From NCBI GenBank assembly GCA_016176415.1, contig JACOXH010000017.1, forward strand, positions 1 through 57,803: DNA of 57,803 bases, read 5' to 3'. How positions within the stretch are numbered: the first letter of the stretch is position 1; each line of letters begins with the position of its first letter. Source of the DNA: Candidatus Daviesbacteria bacterium (GTDB lineage Bacteria > Patescibacteriota > Microgenomatia > Daviesbacterales > UBA10151). The position numbers and the translations under genes are program-made. The notes beneath the pieces are model-generated. The model was not told where the DNA came from. It ran no database searches and worked only from the letters and a program-made list of their open reading frames with translations. This document shows positions 1 through 10,845 of this stretch, one piece after another.

Positions 1-759
1 GAAAACAGCGCTGTCTGGTTTGGATTTACTCATCTTGGCAGCTTCCATATCCAGCACTTTTTTACCACCTTCATCCTCTATTAATATAGGTTGTAAAAGT
101 CCCTGCAAAAGGTGGTGATGGATGGCTGTTGGTTTTTGTTTACCCATAGGATTTGCAGCATCTCTGGCTACAACGTGTACATTCCTTTGGTCGGTGCCTG
201 CATGGGCGAGGTTTACCCCCAGTGCAAAAATATCAGCAGATTGCATGGCCGGATAAATGAGCATGGCACTGTCAGAGATCTCCCCTTCTTTTCTGCCCAT
301 GATGGTGGTGGATCTCATCATTCTGGCAATAGTAGTTTCTTTGGAAACGCGTACTACATCAGTCCAATAATTAAGCCCCATTTTTGCGTAAAGTTCACTG
401 CCTAAAACAAACTCAATTTTATCCGGATCAGCCCCTGCACAAATAGCAACAGCTTTCATGCCTTCTTCAAAATAAGCTCTGGCCATTTTGGTGGCAGTGT
501 CCAGTCTGCCATCCAGTTTTTTATTAAGCCAGGTATGCCAGTCAGCAAGAAGTATAGTGGTTTGTACTCCTGCTTCCTGCAGGTCTTTGATTTTTAACAT
601 GGTTGCAAAACCAGTACCAAGGTGGACTTTACCTGAAATCTCAAAGCCAATGTAGTGTTTAAGAGGGGTGCCGGAGGCAATCAGGTTTTTAAGCTCTTCA
701 TTAGTTAAAGTTTCTTCCAGATTTCTGGTAATTAGATTGAATTTTTCATCGTTGGTCAT
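1..759 (-). CDS. tyrS: tyrosyl-tRNA synthetase, archaeal/eukaryal-type class Ic (C-terminal part runs off the window)
   Basis: Absent from the ORF track because it is open to the window edge. Own minus-strand translation from ATG 757-759 gives MTNDEKFNLITRNLEETLTNEELKNLIASGTPLKHYIGFEISGKVHLGTG..., with KMSKS encoded at nt 22-36. The N-terminal layout resembles M. jannaschii-type TyrRS. TrpRS is not fully excluded. Confidence 0.75.
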   Translation of the reverse strand, partial: MTNDEKFNLITRNLEETLTNEELKNLIASGTPLKHYIGFEISGKVHLGTGFATMLKIKDLQEAGVQTTILLADWHTWLNKKLDGRLDTATKMARAYFEEGMKAVAICAGADPDKIEFVLGSELYAKMGLNYWTDVVRVSKETTIARMMRSTTIMGRKEGEISDSAMLIYPAMQSADIFALGVNLAHAGTDQRNVHVVARDAANPMGKQKPTAIHHHLLQGLLQPILIEDEGGKKVLDMEAAKMSKSKPDSAVF

Positions 760-783
760 AGCTATGGTAATATTATCATACAA

Positions 784-2349
784 ATGGCAACTTTGAACAA
801 ATTGGCGCAATCTTTAATTTCTGCCTACGATAAGGCGACTGCTCCAAATCATGAAAAAACTGTGTCTGTTAATCCCTTGGTTGCAGAAATTGCCACCTGG
901 TATGAAAAATTCAGAACAGCTATGGATTACAGAGAAGATGAGGTTATCCTGCGTTCCACCATTGAGAGAATTTTAAAAAGAAGAACAATATTGGGCGGTG
1001 ACGGTCAAACGGTGGCTGCTCCTTTGATCAGGGAGTTAGTTTGGGCCAGATATTTTCCGGATTCTACTATTGCTGAATCGCAAGTAACACAAGTTGCAGA
1101 TGCTATAGATTTGTATTTAAAGTTAGAAGAGGAAATTAACAAAAGAAATAATATCAGCAAAGGGTTGGTTAATGAATGGATACTGCACCTTTTATCCTCT
1201 GAAATAGAGCATATTTTAAAACCAAATGATCCAAAAGATATCATGAGCAGTTTTCTGTTTAGAATCTTTAAAGATCTGGTAGTAATTTCTGATGATGCTC
1301 ATGAAACAAGAGATTTACAGGTTTATATTGCTGTGAGGCGCGCTTATGCCAACGATGATTTGGCATTTTTAAGGTACCACTTATTTAAGCAGTATCTTCA
1401 ATTAAATGAAGAAAATGTTAAAGAGGCAGCTGAACAATTTCCCAGAGTGCTGGCACAGATTCAGTATCAGTTAAACTATCCTGCAAAAGATAATATTTAT
1501 TCATACATTAAAAACCAGACAATTCCTTTTTTAATTTTGGATGATGTTTTAAGAAAGCACCGCGGCAGTGCTTTTTCTGTAGCTGCAGACCAGGACCGTA
1601 TGCATGCTGAAATTCTCTCTGCCTGCAATTCCCGTTATAAAGCCATTTCAGGGAAAGTTAAAAGAGCAATTGTAAGAAGTGTTATTTTTATCTTCTTTAC
1701 TAAAGCCTTGTTTGCATTATTTGTAGAGGGAACTTTTGAAAGAGTGCTTTACGGCAGAACTCTTTGGTCGTCAATAGCTTTAAATACTTTAACTCCTCCA
1801 ATTTTGATGATTATTGTGGGAGTGCTTATAAAAACTCCTGGTAGGGATAATTCAATGAAGATCTTAAGAAGAGTAAATACTATTTTATACGATGATCCTC
1901 CTGTGCTGGATAAACCTTTAATGATTAAGAAAAAACCCGGTAAAACAGGGCCCGTGCTTTGGAGCGTATTTATTATATTGTGGCTGGCTACTTTTGTTTT
2001 AAGCTTTGGATTGATTGTTTTTATCTTAACAAAGTTAGGTATTAATCCCCTCTCGCAGGGTATTTTTATGTTCTTTTTGGCCATAGTCTCCTTTGTCAGC
2101 TTCAGGATTAACAGAACAGCCAATATGTATGTCATTAAGGATAGGAAGGAGAATTTAAAATCTTTGATTTTTGACTTTTTCTTTATGCCTGTTATTCAGG
2201 TTGGGAGAAGGATAACTCTGGGAATATCACAGATAAATATCTTTTTGTTTGTATTTGACTTCATTATAGAAACTCCATTCAAAGGAATATTTGCCTTCTT
2301 TGAACAGTGGTTTTTATTTTTGCGAACCCAGCGTGAAAAGTTAGATTGA
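784..2349 (+). CDS. hypothetical protein: soluble N-terminal ~300 aa followed by a multi-pass membrane C-terminal half
   Basis: Long 521-aa ORF with several hydrophobic helices in the C-terminal half. I recognise no family. Confidence 0.6.
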   Translation: MATLNKLAQSLISAYDKATAPNHEKTVSVNPLVAEIATWYEKFRTAMDYREDEVILRSTIERILKRRTILGGDGQTVAAPLIRELVWARYFPDSTIAESQVTQVADAIDLYLKLEEEINKRNNISKGLVNEWILHLLSSEIEHILKPNDPKDIMSSFLFRIFKDLVVISDDAHETRDLQVYIAVRRAYANDDLAFLRYHLFKQYLQLNEENVKEAAEQFPRVLAQIQYQLNYPAKDNIYSYIKNQTIPFLILDDVLRKHRGSAFSVAADQDRMHAEILSACNSRYKAISGKVKRAIVRSVIFIFFTKALFALFVEGTFERVLYGRTLWSSIALNTLTPPILMIIVGVLIKTPGRDNSMKILRRVNTILYDDPPVLDKPLMIKKKPGKTGPVLWSVFIILWLATFVLSFGLIVFILTKLGINPLSQGIFMFFLAIVSFVSFRINRTANMYVIKDRKENLKSLIFDFFFMPVIQVGRRITLGISQINIFLFVFDFIIETPFKGIFAFFEQWFLFLRTQREKLD

Positions 2350-2409
2350 GCAAAGAGAGAAATTGGATTAGATTGGTAGTTTTGTATTTTGATGGTAAAC
2401 AGATACATA

Positions 2410-2439
2410 TTGACCGAGTCTAAAAATCTCTTGTAAAAT
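2410..2439 (+). promoter_or_regulatory. putative sigma70-like promoter of the atp operon
   Basis: TTGACC (2410-2415), 18-nt spacer, TAAAAT (2434-2439), ~35 nt upstream of the atpB start. Confidence 0.3.
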
Positions 2440-2473
2440 ACCTCATTAACCTGAAATAATATCAGGTAGAGAT

Positions 2474-3193
2474 ATGGAACACGGAATTGTTTTAAAACCT
2501 GAAATTTTAGGATACTTTAAGGGTTTACCTATAGCCAATACCCTTTTGGTTTCATGGATTACCATGGCAGTAATTATCTTCCTTGTTTTTCTGGCTACCA
2601 AAAAAGTGCGGCTTGTGCCAAACGGGATGCAGAGCGTATTTGAAGTGATAGTTGATTTTATCTATACCACTGTTGAAGGTTTGGCAGGTAAAAAAACTCA
2701 AGTTTTCTTCCCCATTGTAGCTACTTTCTTCTTATTTATTCTTTTTTCCAACTGGATAGGATTATTGCCCGGTTTTGGTACTGTTACTTACCATAAAGAA
2801 CCGCTTCTTCGCTCTATGAATTCTGATTTAAACATGACTTTGGCTTTGGCGCTTACTTCTGCATTCCTAACGCATTTTTTTGCCATTCGCTATCTTGGGA
2901 TTATTGACTATCTGAAAAAGTGGTTTACACTAAATCCAATATTTTTGTTTGTGGGGCTTTTGGAATTGGTTGGAGAATTTACAAAGGTAGTATCGCTATC
3001 TTTCAGGCTTTTTGGTAATATATTTGCAGGAGAAGTGGTGTTGGCAACGGTTTCGTCGATCTTTGCCTTTATAGTACCTCTCCCTTTTTATTTTCTGGAG
3101 ATTATTGTAGGATTTGTACAGGCAGCTGTTTTTATGATGCTGACACTGGTATTTATGGTGTTATTGTCAGAGAAACACGCAGCAGAACACTAA
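2474..3193 (+). CDS. atpB: F0F1 ATP synthase subunit a
   Basis: Multi-pass membrane protein with the conserved ...LSFRLFGNIFAGE... motif, at the head of the atp gene order. Confidence 0.9.
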   Translation: MEHGIVLKPEILGYFKGLPIANTLLVSWITMAVIIFLVFLATKKVRLVPNGMQSVFEVIVDFIYTTVEGLAGKKTQVFFPIVATFFLFILFSNWIGLLPGFGTVTYHKEPLLRSMNSDLNMTLALALTSAFLTHFFAIRYLGIIDYLKKWFTLNPIFLFVGLLELVGEFTKVVSLSFRLFGNIFAGEVVLATVSSIFAFIVPLPFYFLEIIVGFVQAAVFMMLTLVFMVLLSEKHAAEH

Positions 3194-3196
3194 TAG

Positions 3197-3412
<216 letters not shown>

Positions 3413-3413
3413 G

Positions 3414-3513
3414 GTCTAGTCGCTAAGACTTGCTCCTGCAAGTCGCAAGTTCTTAGAGTCGGGAGTCAAGTATTTTGATTTTTCTAGACTCTAGATTCTA
3501 GACTCTAGTCACT
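3414..3513. repeat. intergenic composite repeat (CTAGTCGCTA..AGAGTC..GAGTCAAGTA..TCTAGAC family) carrying a nested hairpin insert
   Basis: Shares its backbone with 27541-27607. It has an extra palindrome CTAAGACTTGCTCCTGCAAGTCGCAAGTTCTTAG and a tandem TCTAGACTCTAGAT/TCTAGACTCTAGTC. Confidence 0.6.
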
Positions 3514-4008
3514 ATGGAAATACTTAATCAGTTTGGTATCAATCCAATATTACTGGCTGCACAGATTGTGAATTTTGTGGTGCTGCTTTTGATTTTGAAG
3601 AGGTTTTTATATAAACCTATCTTAAAAGTATTGGGCGAACGCAGGCAAAAAATTGAAGACAGTTTAAAAAATGCTGAGGAAATAGAAAAAAGGCTGGCTG
3701 AGACAAATGAAAAAATAGATGACATGATGGCGAAAACTTCTGATGACATCCAGAAAATGATGAATGAGGCCAACAAACAAAGGGCAGAGCTTCTTGAGGA
3801 GACAAAGGTTTTGGCTGGCAAAATGCATGATGACATAATTGCTAAAGCGAGTGAAGAAGCAAAGGTTAATGCCAGTAAACTAGAACAACAAATTATGACT
3901 AAAGTTGCAGATATAGTGGCTTTGGGAATGGAAAAAGTCACGGGTAAAGCCATGAGTACAAAAGATAAAAAAGATATTATAGAAAAAGAAGTGAGGAATC
4001 TATCTTGA
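3514..4008 (+). CDS. atpF: F0F1 ATP synthase subunit b
   Basis: N-terminal TM helix followed by a long charged coiled coil; position in the operon. Confidence 0.8.
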   Translation: MEILNQFGINPILLAAQIVNFVVLLLILKRFLYKPILKVLGERRQKIEDSLKNAEEIEKRLAETNEKIDDMMAKTSDDIQKMMNEANKQRAELLEETKVLAGKMHDDIIAKASEEAKVNASKLEQQIMTKVADIVALGMEKVTGKAMSTKDKKDIIEKEVRNLS

Positions 4009-4415
4009 AGAAGAATAAACAACTTTTAAAACTAGTTCAGGATTTAGTAGATTTGAGTTTTAAGGATAGCAGGATTGTGGAGAATCAAACAGTTAAAGCT
4101 ATAAAACTTCTTAAAAAACTACCCCAGTCTAAAGCTATCTTTGCCATGTCAGAGTTTTTAAAAGAGCTTAAAAGAAGAGAGCGTGAGCACACTATGTATA
4201 TTGAAACAGCTATTCCCCTATCTTCGGTACAGGTTAATAAAATGAAAAAGATTGTTGAGAAAAGAAGCGGTGAACAAAACCGAACTATCAGTAAGGTGTT
4301 AGTTAATATTAATCCTGATATTTTGGGAGGGTTTAAACTCCGCATTGGTGATGAAATTTGGGATGAGACAATTTTGGGAAAAATAGAACAAGTAAAGGAA
4401 GCAATAAGAGGGTGA
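4005..4415 (+). CDS. atpH: F0F1 ATP synthase subunit delta (OSCP), short form
   Basis: OSCP-like C-terminus (...[25 protein letters not shown]...). The TTG start overlaps the atpF stop (TTGA). Confidence 0.7.
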   Translation: MKKNKQLLKLVQDLVDLSFKDSRIVENQTVKAIKLLKKLPQSKAIFAMSEFLKELKRREREHTMYIETAIPLSSVQVNKMKKIVEKRSGEQNRTISKVLVNINPDILGGFKLRIGDEIWDETILGKIEQVKEAIRG

Positions 4416-4416
4416 T

Positions 4417-5928
4417 ATGGCAGATTTAATAGCTGATATAGAAAATCAAATAAAAGGATTGAAACTAAAAGCCCAGAGGCAAAATGTGGGTATTGTAACT
4501 GAAATTGGTGATGGTGTGGCCAGAATTGAGGGACTTTCTGATGTGCAGTACTCAGAGTTAATTGATTTTGGTAAAGGGGTTTCAGGTCTGGCTTTGAATC
4601 TCGAGCAATACAATGTCGGAGCTGTTATTTTCGGGGATTTCACCAAAGTTAAACAAGGAGATCAGGTTAAAACTACAGGTAAAGTTTTGCAAGTACCAGT
4701 TGGAGAAGCCTTAGTAGGAAGAGTGGTTGATGCTTTGGGTAATCCAATTGACGGCAAAGGCCTGATTAAGGCCAAAGGTTACTACCCTGTTGAAAAAATT
4801 GCCCCGGGCGTTATTACCAGGCAAGGCGTAAATACTCCCCTGCAGACAGGAATTAAAGCCATTGATGCCATGATTCCGGTTGGAAGAGGTCAGAGGGAGC
4901 TAATTATTGGTGACAGGAATACAGGTAAAACTACCATTGCTGTTGATACCATCATCAACCAGAAGGATGTGATTTGTATTTATGTAGCTATCGGCCAAAA
5001 GACTTCCAAAGTTGCCCAATTGGTGGCAAAACTTGAAGAAGTTGGGGCTATGGACCACACCATTATTGTTTCTGCTACAGCTTCTGAGTCAGCCACCATG
5101 CAGTATCTGGCCCCATATGCCGGTGCTGCCATGGGAGAATATTTTATGGATCAGGGTAAGGATGCTTTAATTATTTATGATGATTTATCAAAGCATGCGT
5201 GGGCTTACAGACAGGTTTCTCTGCTGTTAAGGCGTCCTTCCGGCCGTGAAGCTTATCCCGGGGATGTTTTCTTTCTTCACTCAAGACTTTTGGAAAGAGC
5301 TGCTAAATTAAACAAAGACTTTGGTGGTGGGTCTTTAACTGCTTTACCTATTATTGAAACACAAGCAGGTGATGTGTCTGCATATATTCCTACTAACGTT
5401 ATCTCTATTACTGACGGGCAGATATATTTGGAATCTGATCTGTTTTTTGCCGGAATCAGACCTGCTGTTAACGTTGGTTTGTCTGTTTCCAGGGTTGGTG
5501 GTTCTGCTCAAACTAAAGCTATGAAATCAGTGGCAGGAAAATTAAGATTGGATCTTGCACAGTTTAGGGCTTTACAGGCTTTTGCTCAATTTGCTTCTGA
5601 TTTAGATCCTGAAACGCGGGCCCAGATTGAAAGAGGCAGAAGGATAACAGAAGTCTTAAAGCAGCCGCCTTTTAAACCTGTGGCAGTTGAAGAACAGGTT
5701 GTTATTCTTTGGGCAGTCACAAATGGTTATCTGGATGAAGTGGAAGTGGAAAGAGTTAAAGAGTTTGAGGAAAAGTATATTGCTCATTTAAAATTAAGGA
5801 ATAAAAAACTTATGAGTGAAGTAGCTGATAAAAAAGAGTTAAGTGAAGGAATGATTAAGGACCTTGAGAAGATAACAAAAGAGTTTGTAACTATCTTTTC
5901 GAAAGGAGCAAAGAAACCTGTTAAATGA
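4417..5928 (+). CDS. atpA: F0F1 ATP synthase subunit alpha
   Basis: Walker A GDRNTGKT and strong full-length resemblance to alpha subunits. Confidence 0.97.
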   Translation: MADLIADIENQIKGLKLKAQRQNVGIVTEIGDGVARIEGLSDVQYSELIDFGKGVSGLALNLEQYNVGAVIFGDFTKVKQGDQVKTTGKVLQVPVGEALVGRVVDALGNPIDGKGLIKAKGYYPVEKIAPGVITRQGVNTPLQTGIKAIDAMIPVGRGQRELIIGDRNTGKTTIAVDTIINQKDVICIYVAIGQKTSKVAQLVAKLEEVGAMDHTIIVSATASESATMQYLAPYAGAAMGEYFMDQGKDALIIYDDLSKHAWAYRQVSLLLRRPSGREAYPGDVFFLHSRLLERAAKLNKDFGGGSLTALPIIETQAGDVSAYIPTNVISITDGQIYLESDLFFAGIRPAVNVGLSVSRVGGSAQTKAMKSVAGKLRLDLAQFRALQAFAQFASDLDPETRAQIERGRRITEVLKQPPFKPVAVEEQVVILWAVTNGYLDEVEVERVKEFEEKYIAHLKLRNKKLMSEVADKKELSEGMIKDLEKITKEFVTIFSKGAKKPVK

Positions 5929-5946
5929 GCTAAGCGGACTCATGAA

Positions 5947-5983
5947 GGAGATCCTTCGACTCGCTACGCTCGCTCAGGATGAC
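5947..5983. repeat. solo half-copy of the GTCATYCTGARCG...CGAAGRATC palindromic element
   Basis: GGAGATCCTTCGACTCGCTACGCTCGCTCAGGATGAC, followed by the hairpin GACAAACAAATT..AATTTGTTTGTC that abuts the atpG start. Confidence 0.6.
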
Positions 5984-6016
5984 AAACAAATTTTGAAATT
6001 GTAATTTGTTTGTCAA

Positions 6017-6925
6017 ATGTCTAAGATGGCCAATACGCGTGAATTGAGAAGAAGAATAAAGTCGGTAAAGAATACGGCGCAGATTACCAAAGCCATGCAG
6101 ATGGTGGCTGCATCCAGAATGAAAAGAGCCCAAAATCAGGCTCTTTCAGGCAGACCTTACAGCTTTAATTTAAGTTCTGCCTTAGAAAGACTGCTTCCTT
6201 TGGTCCATCCTGAAGCCCATGTGCTTTTAAAAGGAAATGAAGCAAAAAACACAGGAGTAGTTTTACTTTCTACAGATAAAGGCCTTTGCGGAGCTTTAAA
6301 TACTAATCTTTTCAGATTTCTTTCCACCTCAGGATTATTAACAGCAGACACCATCTTTTATACAGTGGGTAAAAAAGGCAGAAATTTTGTGGCCAAATCA
6401 GGCAAAGATTTGCAGGCTGATTTTGAAAATGTGGATACAGTTAGTTTCAGGCAGGCTGTACAACTAGCTAAGCTTTTAACAGATGCATTTTTAGCAGGAG
6501 AAATTAAAGAAGTATATATTGTTTATCCGGGATTTGTTTCAACCTTAAGACAGGAGCCAGTGAAGGTAAAGATTTTGCCGATAGATTTAGCATCTGTCAT
6601 CCTGAACGTTAGTGAAGGATCTGATTCAAAAAGAGATTCTTCGCTAATCGCTCAGAATGACAAAAAATCTGAGTTCCTTTTCGAGCCTGATCCTGATAAG
6701 CTGCTTGATTATATTCTCCTCCACTCTGTCAGAATCAGAATCTATCAGGCATTACTTGAGACAAAAGCTTCTGAACAGTCTGCCAGAATGATGGCTATGC
6801 AAAATGCCACAGATAATGCGTTAGAACTTGTAGATGATCTTAAACTTACATATAATCAAACGCGTCAGGATGCCATTACCAAAGAGCTGTTGGAAATTAC
6901 AACAGCCTCACTGGCAATGACATAA
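6017..6925 (+). CDS. atpG: F0F1 ATP synthase subunit gamma (contains an in-frame repeat insertion)
   Basis: N-terminus MANTRELRRRIKSVKNTAQITKAMQMVAASRMKRAQ and C-terminus ...TKELLEITTASLA are typical of gamma. Alternative start at 6026. Confidence 0.9.
   Translation: MSKMANTRELRRRIKSVKNTAQITKAMQMVAASRMKRAQNQALSGRPYSFNLSSALERLLPLVHPEAHVLLKGNEAKNTGVVLLSTDKGLCGALNTNLFRFLSTSGLLTADTIFYTVGKKGRNFVAKSGKDLQADFENVDTVSFRQAVQLAKLLTDAFLAGEIKEVYIVYPGFVSTLRQEPVKVKILPIDLASVILNVSEGSDSKRDSSLIAQNDKKSEFLFEPDPDKLLDYILLHSVRIRIYQALLETKASEQSARMMAMQNATDNALELVDDLKLTYNQTRQDAITKELLEITTASLAMT
6596..6661. repeat. complete 66-bp palindromic element inside atpG, in frame
   Basis: GTCATCCTGAACGTTAGTGAAGGATC...GATTCTTCGCTAATCGCTCAGAATGAC; 22 codons that encode VILNVSEGSDSKRDSSLIAQND. 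Confidence 0.7.
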
Positions 6926-6953
6926 GTTAAATGGAGTGGCCCTCGGATCATGG

Positions 6954-6985
6954 AGGAGATCCTTCGGCTAATCGCCTCAGGATGA
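6954..6985. repeat. solo half-copy of the same palindromic element
   Basis: GGAGATCCTTCGGCTAATCGCCTCAGGATGAC, followed by the hairpin GACAAAATGGTT..AACCATTTTGTC upstream of atpD. Confidence 0.6.
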
Positions 6986-7026
6986 CAAAATGGTTACAAT
7001 TTTTAAAACCATTTTGTCAAATATAA

Positions 7027-8400
<1,374 letters not shown>

Positions 8401-8401
8401 A

Positions 8402-8785
8402 TTAAGGTATGGGCCTGATTTGAACCAACTGAAAGTAGTTTCCGTCCAGATCCTCAAAAGTAGCAATATAACCATATCCTTCCATGTGATAAATATCCTG
8501 TATTTTTTTAACCCCTTTTTCATCTAATTTTTTAGCATATTCTTCTATATCAGTTACTTCCAGATTAAAAATTATCCTTTCAGGTTCTTTTGACCTGCCT
8601 TTGATTTTAGAATGATCCATAATATAAAGTCCCGGACCTCCTTCAAATTCAAACCCAAAAAAATCTGTTCCCTCCCCCACCTCTGCTTCAGTAGTCATTT
8701 TAAGTTCAACCTTTTCTTTATAAAAGTTTGCCAATTCTTTAGCATTTTCAGAAAATAAAGTAATGCTCTCTATCTCTTTGATCAT
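8402..8785 (-). CDS. VOC (glyoxalase/bleomycin-resistance) family protein
   Basis: 127 aa with the paired beta-alpha-beta-beta-beta pattern, ending ...ATFEDLDGNYFQLVQ. Confidence 0.65.
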   Translation of the reverse strand: MIKEIESITLFSENAKELANFYKEKVELKMTTEAEVGEGTDFFGFEFEGGPGLYIMDHSKIKGRSKEPERIIFNLEVTDIEEYAKKLDEKGVKKIQDIYHMEGYGYIATFEDLDGNYFQLVQIRPIP

Positions 8786-8827
8786 GATGTTAAGGATAGA
8801 TTAGAAGTGATATTTTTCTGCAAGAAT

Positions 8828-9268
8828 TTAAAAAGAAAAAGGTAAAGAAAGATCAGGTTTAGGGTAATTCCAATAAACTCCGTTTAACTCTTCTCTTATT
8901 TCTTCCAAAGGCAGATCTTTAATAGCGCAGCTTAAAGGCAGAAGTTCTGCGATAAAATCTGCGATATTGAAACTAGAAATTGCTTTGATACATGGGAATC
9001 TTCCAAAGGTAATGTTTCCATATACGCTGTCATCCCGTTTTTTATATCTGAAAAAGGTCTTATCCAGATCAGTATGGATACTTTCAGCGAATTTCCTGCC
9101 CTCAAAAGTGTCAAAATGGGTCAGCCATCTCGTTATATGATAAAGGTTACGTGGATTTATTTTATATTTTTCAACCAGTAAAAATGGCCGGTTGACAGTA
9201 AAAGTATAAGTTGAGACAAGGCCAAATTCTTCATAGACACCTGCCCCTTTTCTTTCAACAGTTAACAT
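8828..9268 (-). CDS. hypothetical protein
   Basis: 146-aa ORF; no motif recognised. Confidence 0.45.
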   Translation of the reverse strand: MLTVERKGAGVYEEFGLVSTYTFTVNRPFLLVEKYKINPRNLYHITRWLTHFDTFEGRKFAESIHTDLDKTFFRYKKRDDSVYGNITFGRFPCIKAISSFNIADFIAELLPLSCAIKDLPLEEIREELNGVYWNYPKPDLSLPFSF

Positions 9269-9289
9269 AAATTAGAGGCAGATTATTAC

Positions 9290-9655
9290 TTAAGCAATTA
9301 GTTCAAAAGTACCATCAAGGTGTAAGTAATAAGTTTCTACTTCTAAATCAGGATATTGCTCTTTAATTTTAACAGAAGCATTTTTTAAATCTTCAGCATG
9401 CTTTTGGGCTGTGCCTGTTTCCCCATAAGCCCCGCAGTCTTCGTGGTTTATTAAAACTGCTTTTTTAATGTGATGTAGTCTTTTGGAAATTTCAATCTGT
9501 TTTAAAATTCCTTCAGAATCTTTTATGCCCCCAGCCCAGGCAACTCTGTCAAAAGTTTTGGGAGAAAATTTTCCAGCAATCCAGTTATTTATATATTCCT
9601 GAAACCTAAAATCTATGCAAGTTATTACTACTGCTTCACAAGAATGATCTGACAT
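9290..9655 (-). CDS. small protein with beta-carbonic-anhydrase-like zinc-ligand motifs
   Basis: CIDFR (CxDxR) and HEDCG (HxxCG), spaced as in beta-CAs. At 121 aa it is shorter than canonical enzymes. Confidence 0.45.
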   Translation of the reverse strand: MSDHSCEAVVITCIDFRFQEYINNWIAGKFSPKTFDRVAWAGGIKDSEGILKQIEISKRLHHIKKAVLINHEDCGAYGETGTAQKHAEDLKNASVKIKEQYPDLEVETYYLHLDGTFELIA

Positions 9656-9746
9656 AGTACAAAATTTTACAACATTTTGTATTTCTTGAACAGACCTGAT
9701 ATACTATCAGCTTGATTCGCTCTCGCATTGGGGCGGATTTTTTAAA

Positions 9747-10823
9747 ATGGATACTGAAAATTTAACCACAAACCAAAGGCTCATGGCTGACAATTATTCA
9801 CCTTTGGCAGCCGTAAAAATTGAGAAATGGCGGCAGATGCGGGATGAGGGAAAACTTTTTGTTGTAGGAGCATGTAGCGATGCCCGATTAATACTTCCTG
9901 AAATGGCTTACCATATCCGCACTATTTCTGCCACAGGTCCACGGAGCGCATGGCATGAAGTTCTAAATTACAGCAAGGTTCAGGGTATAGTAATTATGGA
10001 TCATTTTGACTGCGGGGGATTAAAAGCGAAAGAAAGCATATCCGGAAAAGAAGTTGCAGAAGAAGGAGCGCTTGAATATGTCCGCGATCATGTTTGGGCT
10101 ACTGATCCTGTTAAACAGTCTATTTTGACAGCCTCATGGACTGCTTCCCGTACTCATTTACCTGTTTTAGCAGTTGTTCAGGATCATCATGACGGCAGTC
10201 TTTATATCCAGGGAGCATTTAAGAATTCTGATCAGATTGAGTATAAAACTATTCCTACTTATCTACTAACGGAGAAAGAGCTTAAAGAAGATATTTATAA
10301 AAATGGAAGGCCTCAATTAAGAGAAGAGTTGGTTCCTTCTGTTTTTAGTCCGGGCCGGAAGGAAGTTACAGACAGAGCTTTAGCTTTAATAAACAGCAGC
10401 GCTGGTTTTGCGGACAGTCAGTCAATTCAGGATCCTGAATTTGTAAGCATTACAGATGAGTTAAAACCTGCCATAGTAAGATTTCCACATTTATTTGGTA
10501 ATCCAAATACTCTTTTCCAGGTCAGCTTGAGTACCAGAATGCTCAATGAGGCTGATTTAGATAATAAAGACGTCAATGATGCTTTTGGGCAAATGCATTA
10601 TCCTATTTCGCATTGTATTGAAAATCAGGGTCAATCATTTTCTGCTTTTCAAAATACCCGTGTTTTGTATATTGAAACGGCTAAAATGGAAGTTTCTAGG
10701 CGACTGGCCACACTTTTGATGAGAAAGTCTTGGGTCAAAGATTGGCTTGGGTTACCTGGAAGGGAAATTGTTGTTGCAGAAATAGTTGCAGGAAGAATCC
10801 AAGAGATCGACCGCGCTGCCTGA
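9747..10823 (+). CDS. 358-aa protein with an N-terminal beta-carbonic-anhydrase-like domain
   Basis: GACSDAR (CxDxR) and DHFDCGG (HxxCG) motifs. The C-terminal ~180 aa is unrecognised. Confidence 0.4.
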   Translation: MDTENLTTNQRLMADNYSPLAAVKIEKWRQMRDEGKLFVVGACSDARLILPEMAYHIRTISATGPRSAWHEVLNYSKVQGIVIMDHFDCGGLKAKESISGKEVAEEGALEYVRDHVWATDPVKQSILTASWTASRTHLPVLAVVQDHHDGSLYIQGAFKNSDQIEYKTIPTYLLTEKELKEDIYKNGRPQLREELVPSVFSPGRKEVTDRALALINSSAGFADSQSIQDPEFVSITDELKPAIVRFPHLFGNPNTLFQVSLSTRMLNEADLDNKDVNDAFGQMHYPISHCIENQGQSFSAFQNTRVLYIETAKMEVSRRLATLLMRKSWVKDWLGLPGREIVVAEIVAGRIQEIDRAA

Positions 10824-10845
10824 TTATGATAAGATTTACTGACTT

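Noticed and set aside
112-405. 97-aa ORF on the plus strand
   Set aside because: It lies antisense within the well-supported tyrS coding region and has a junk-like composition.
3528-4022. 164-aa minus-strand ORF (and similar antisense ORFs inside atp, PBP, pheT, murT, otsA etc.)
   Set aside because: These are mirror ORFs of strongly supported genes on the other strand. They are low-complexity with no motifs.
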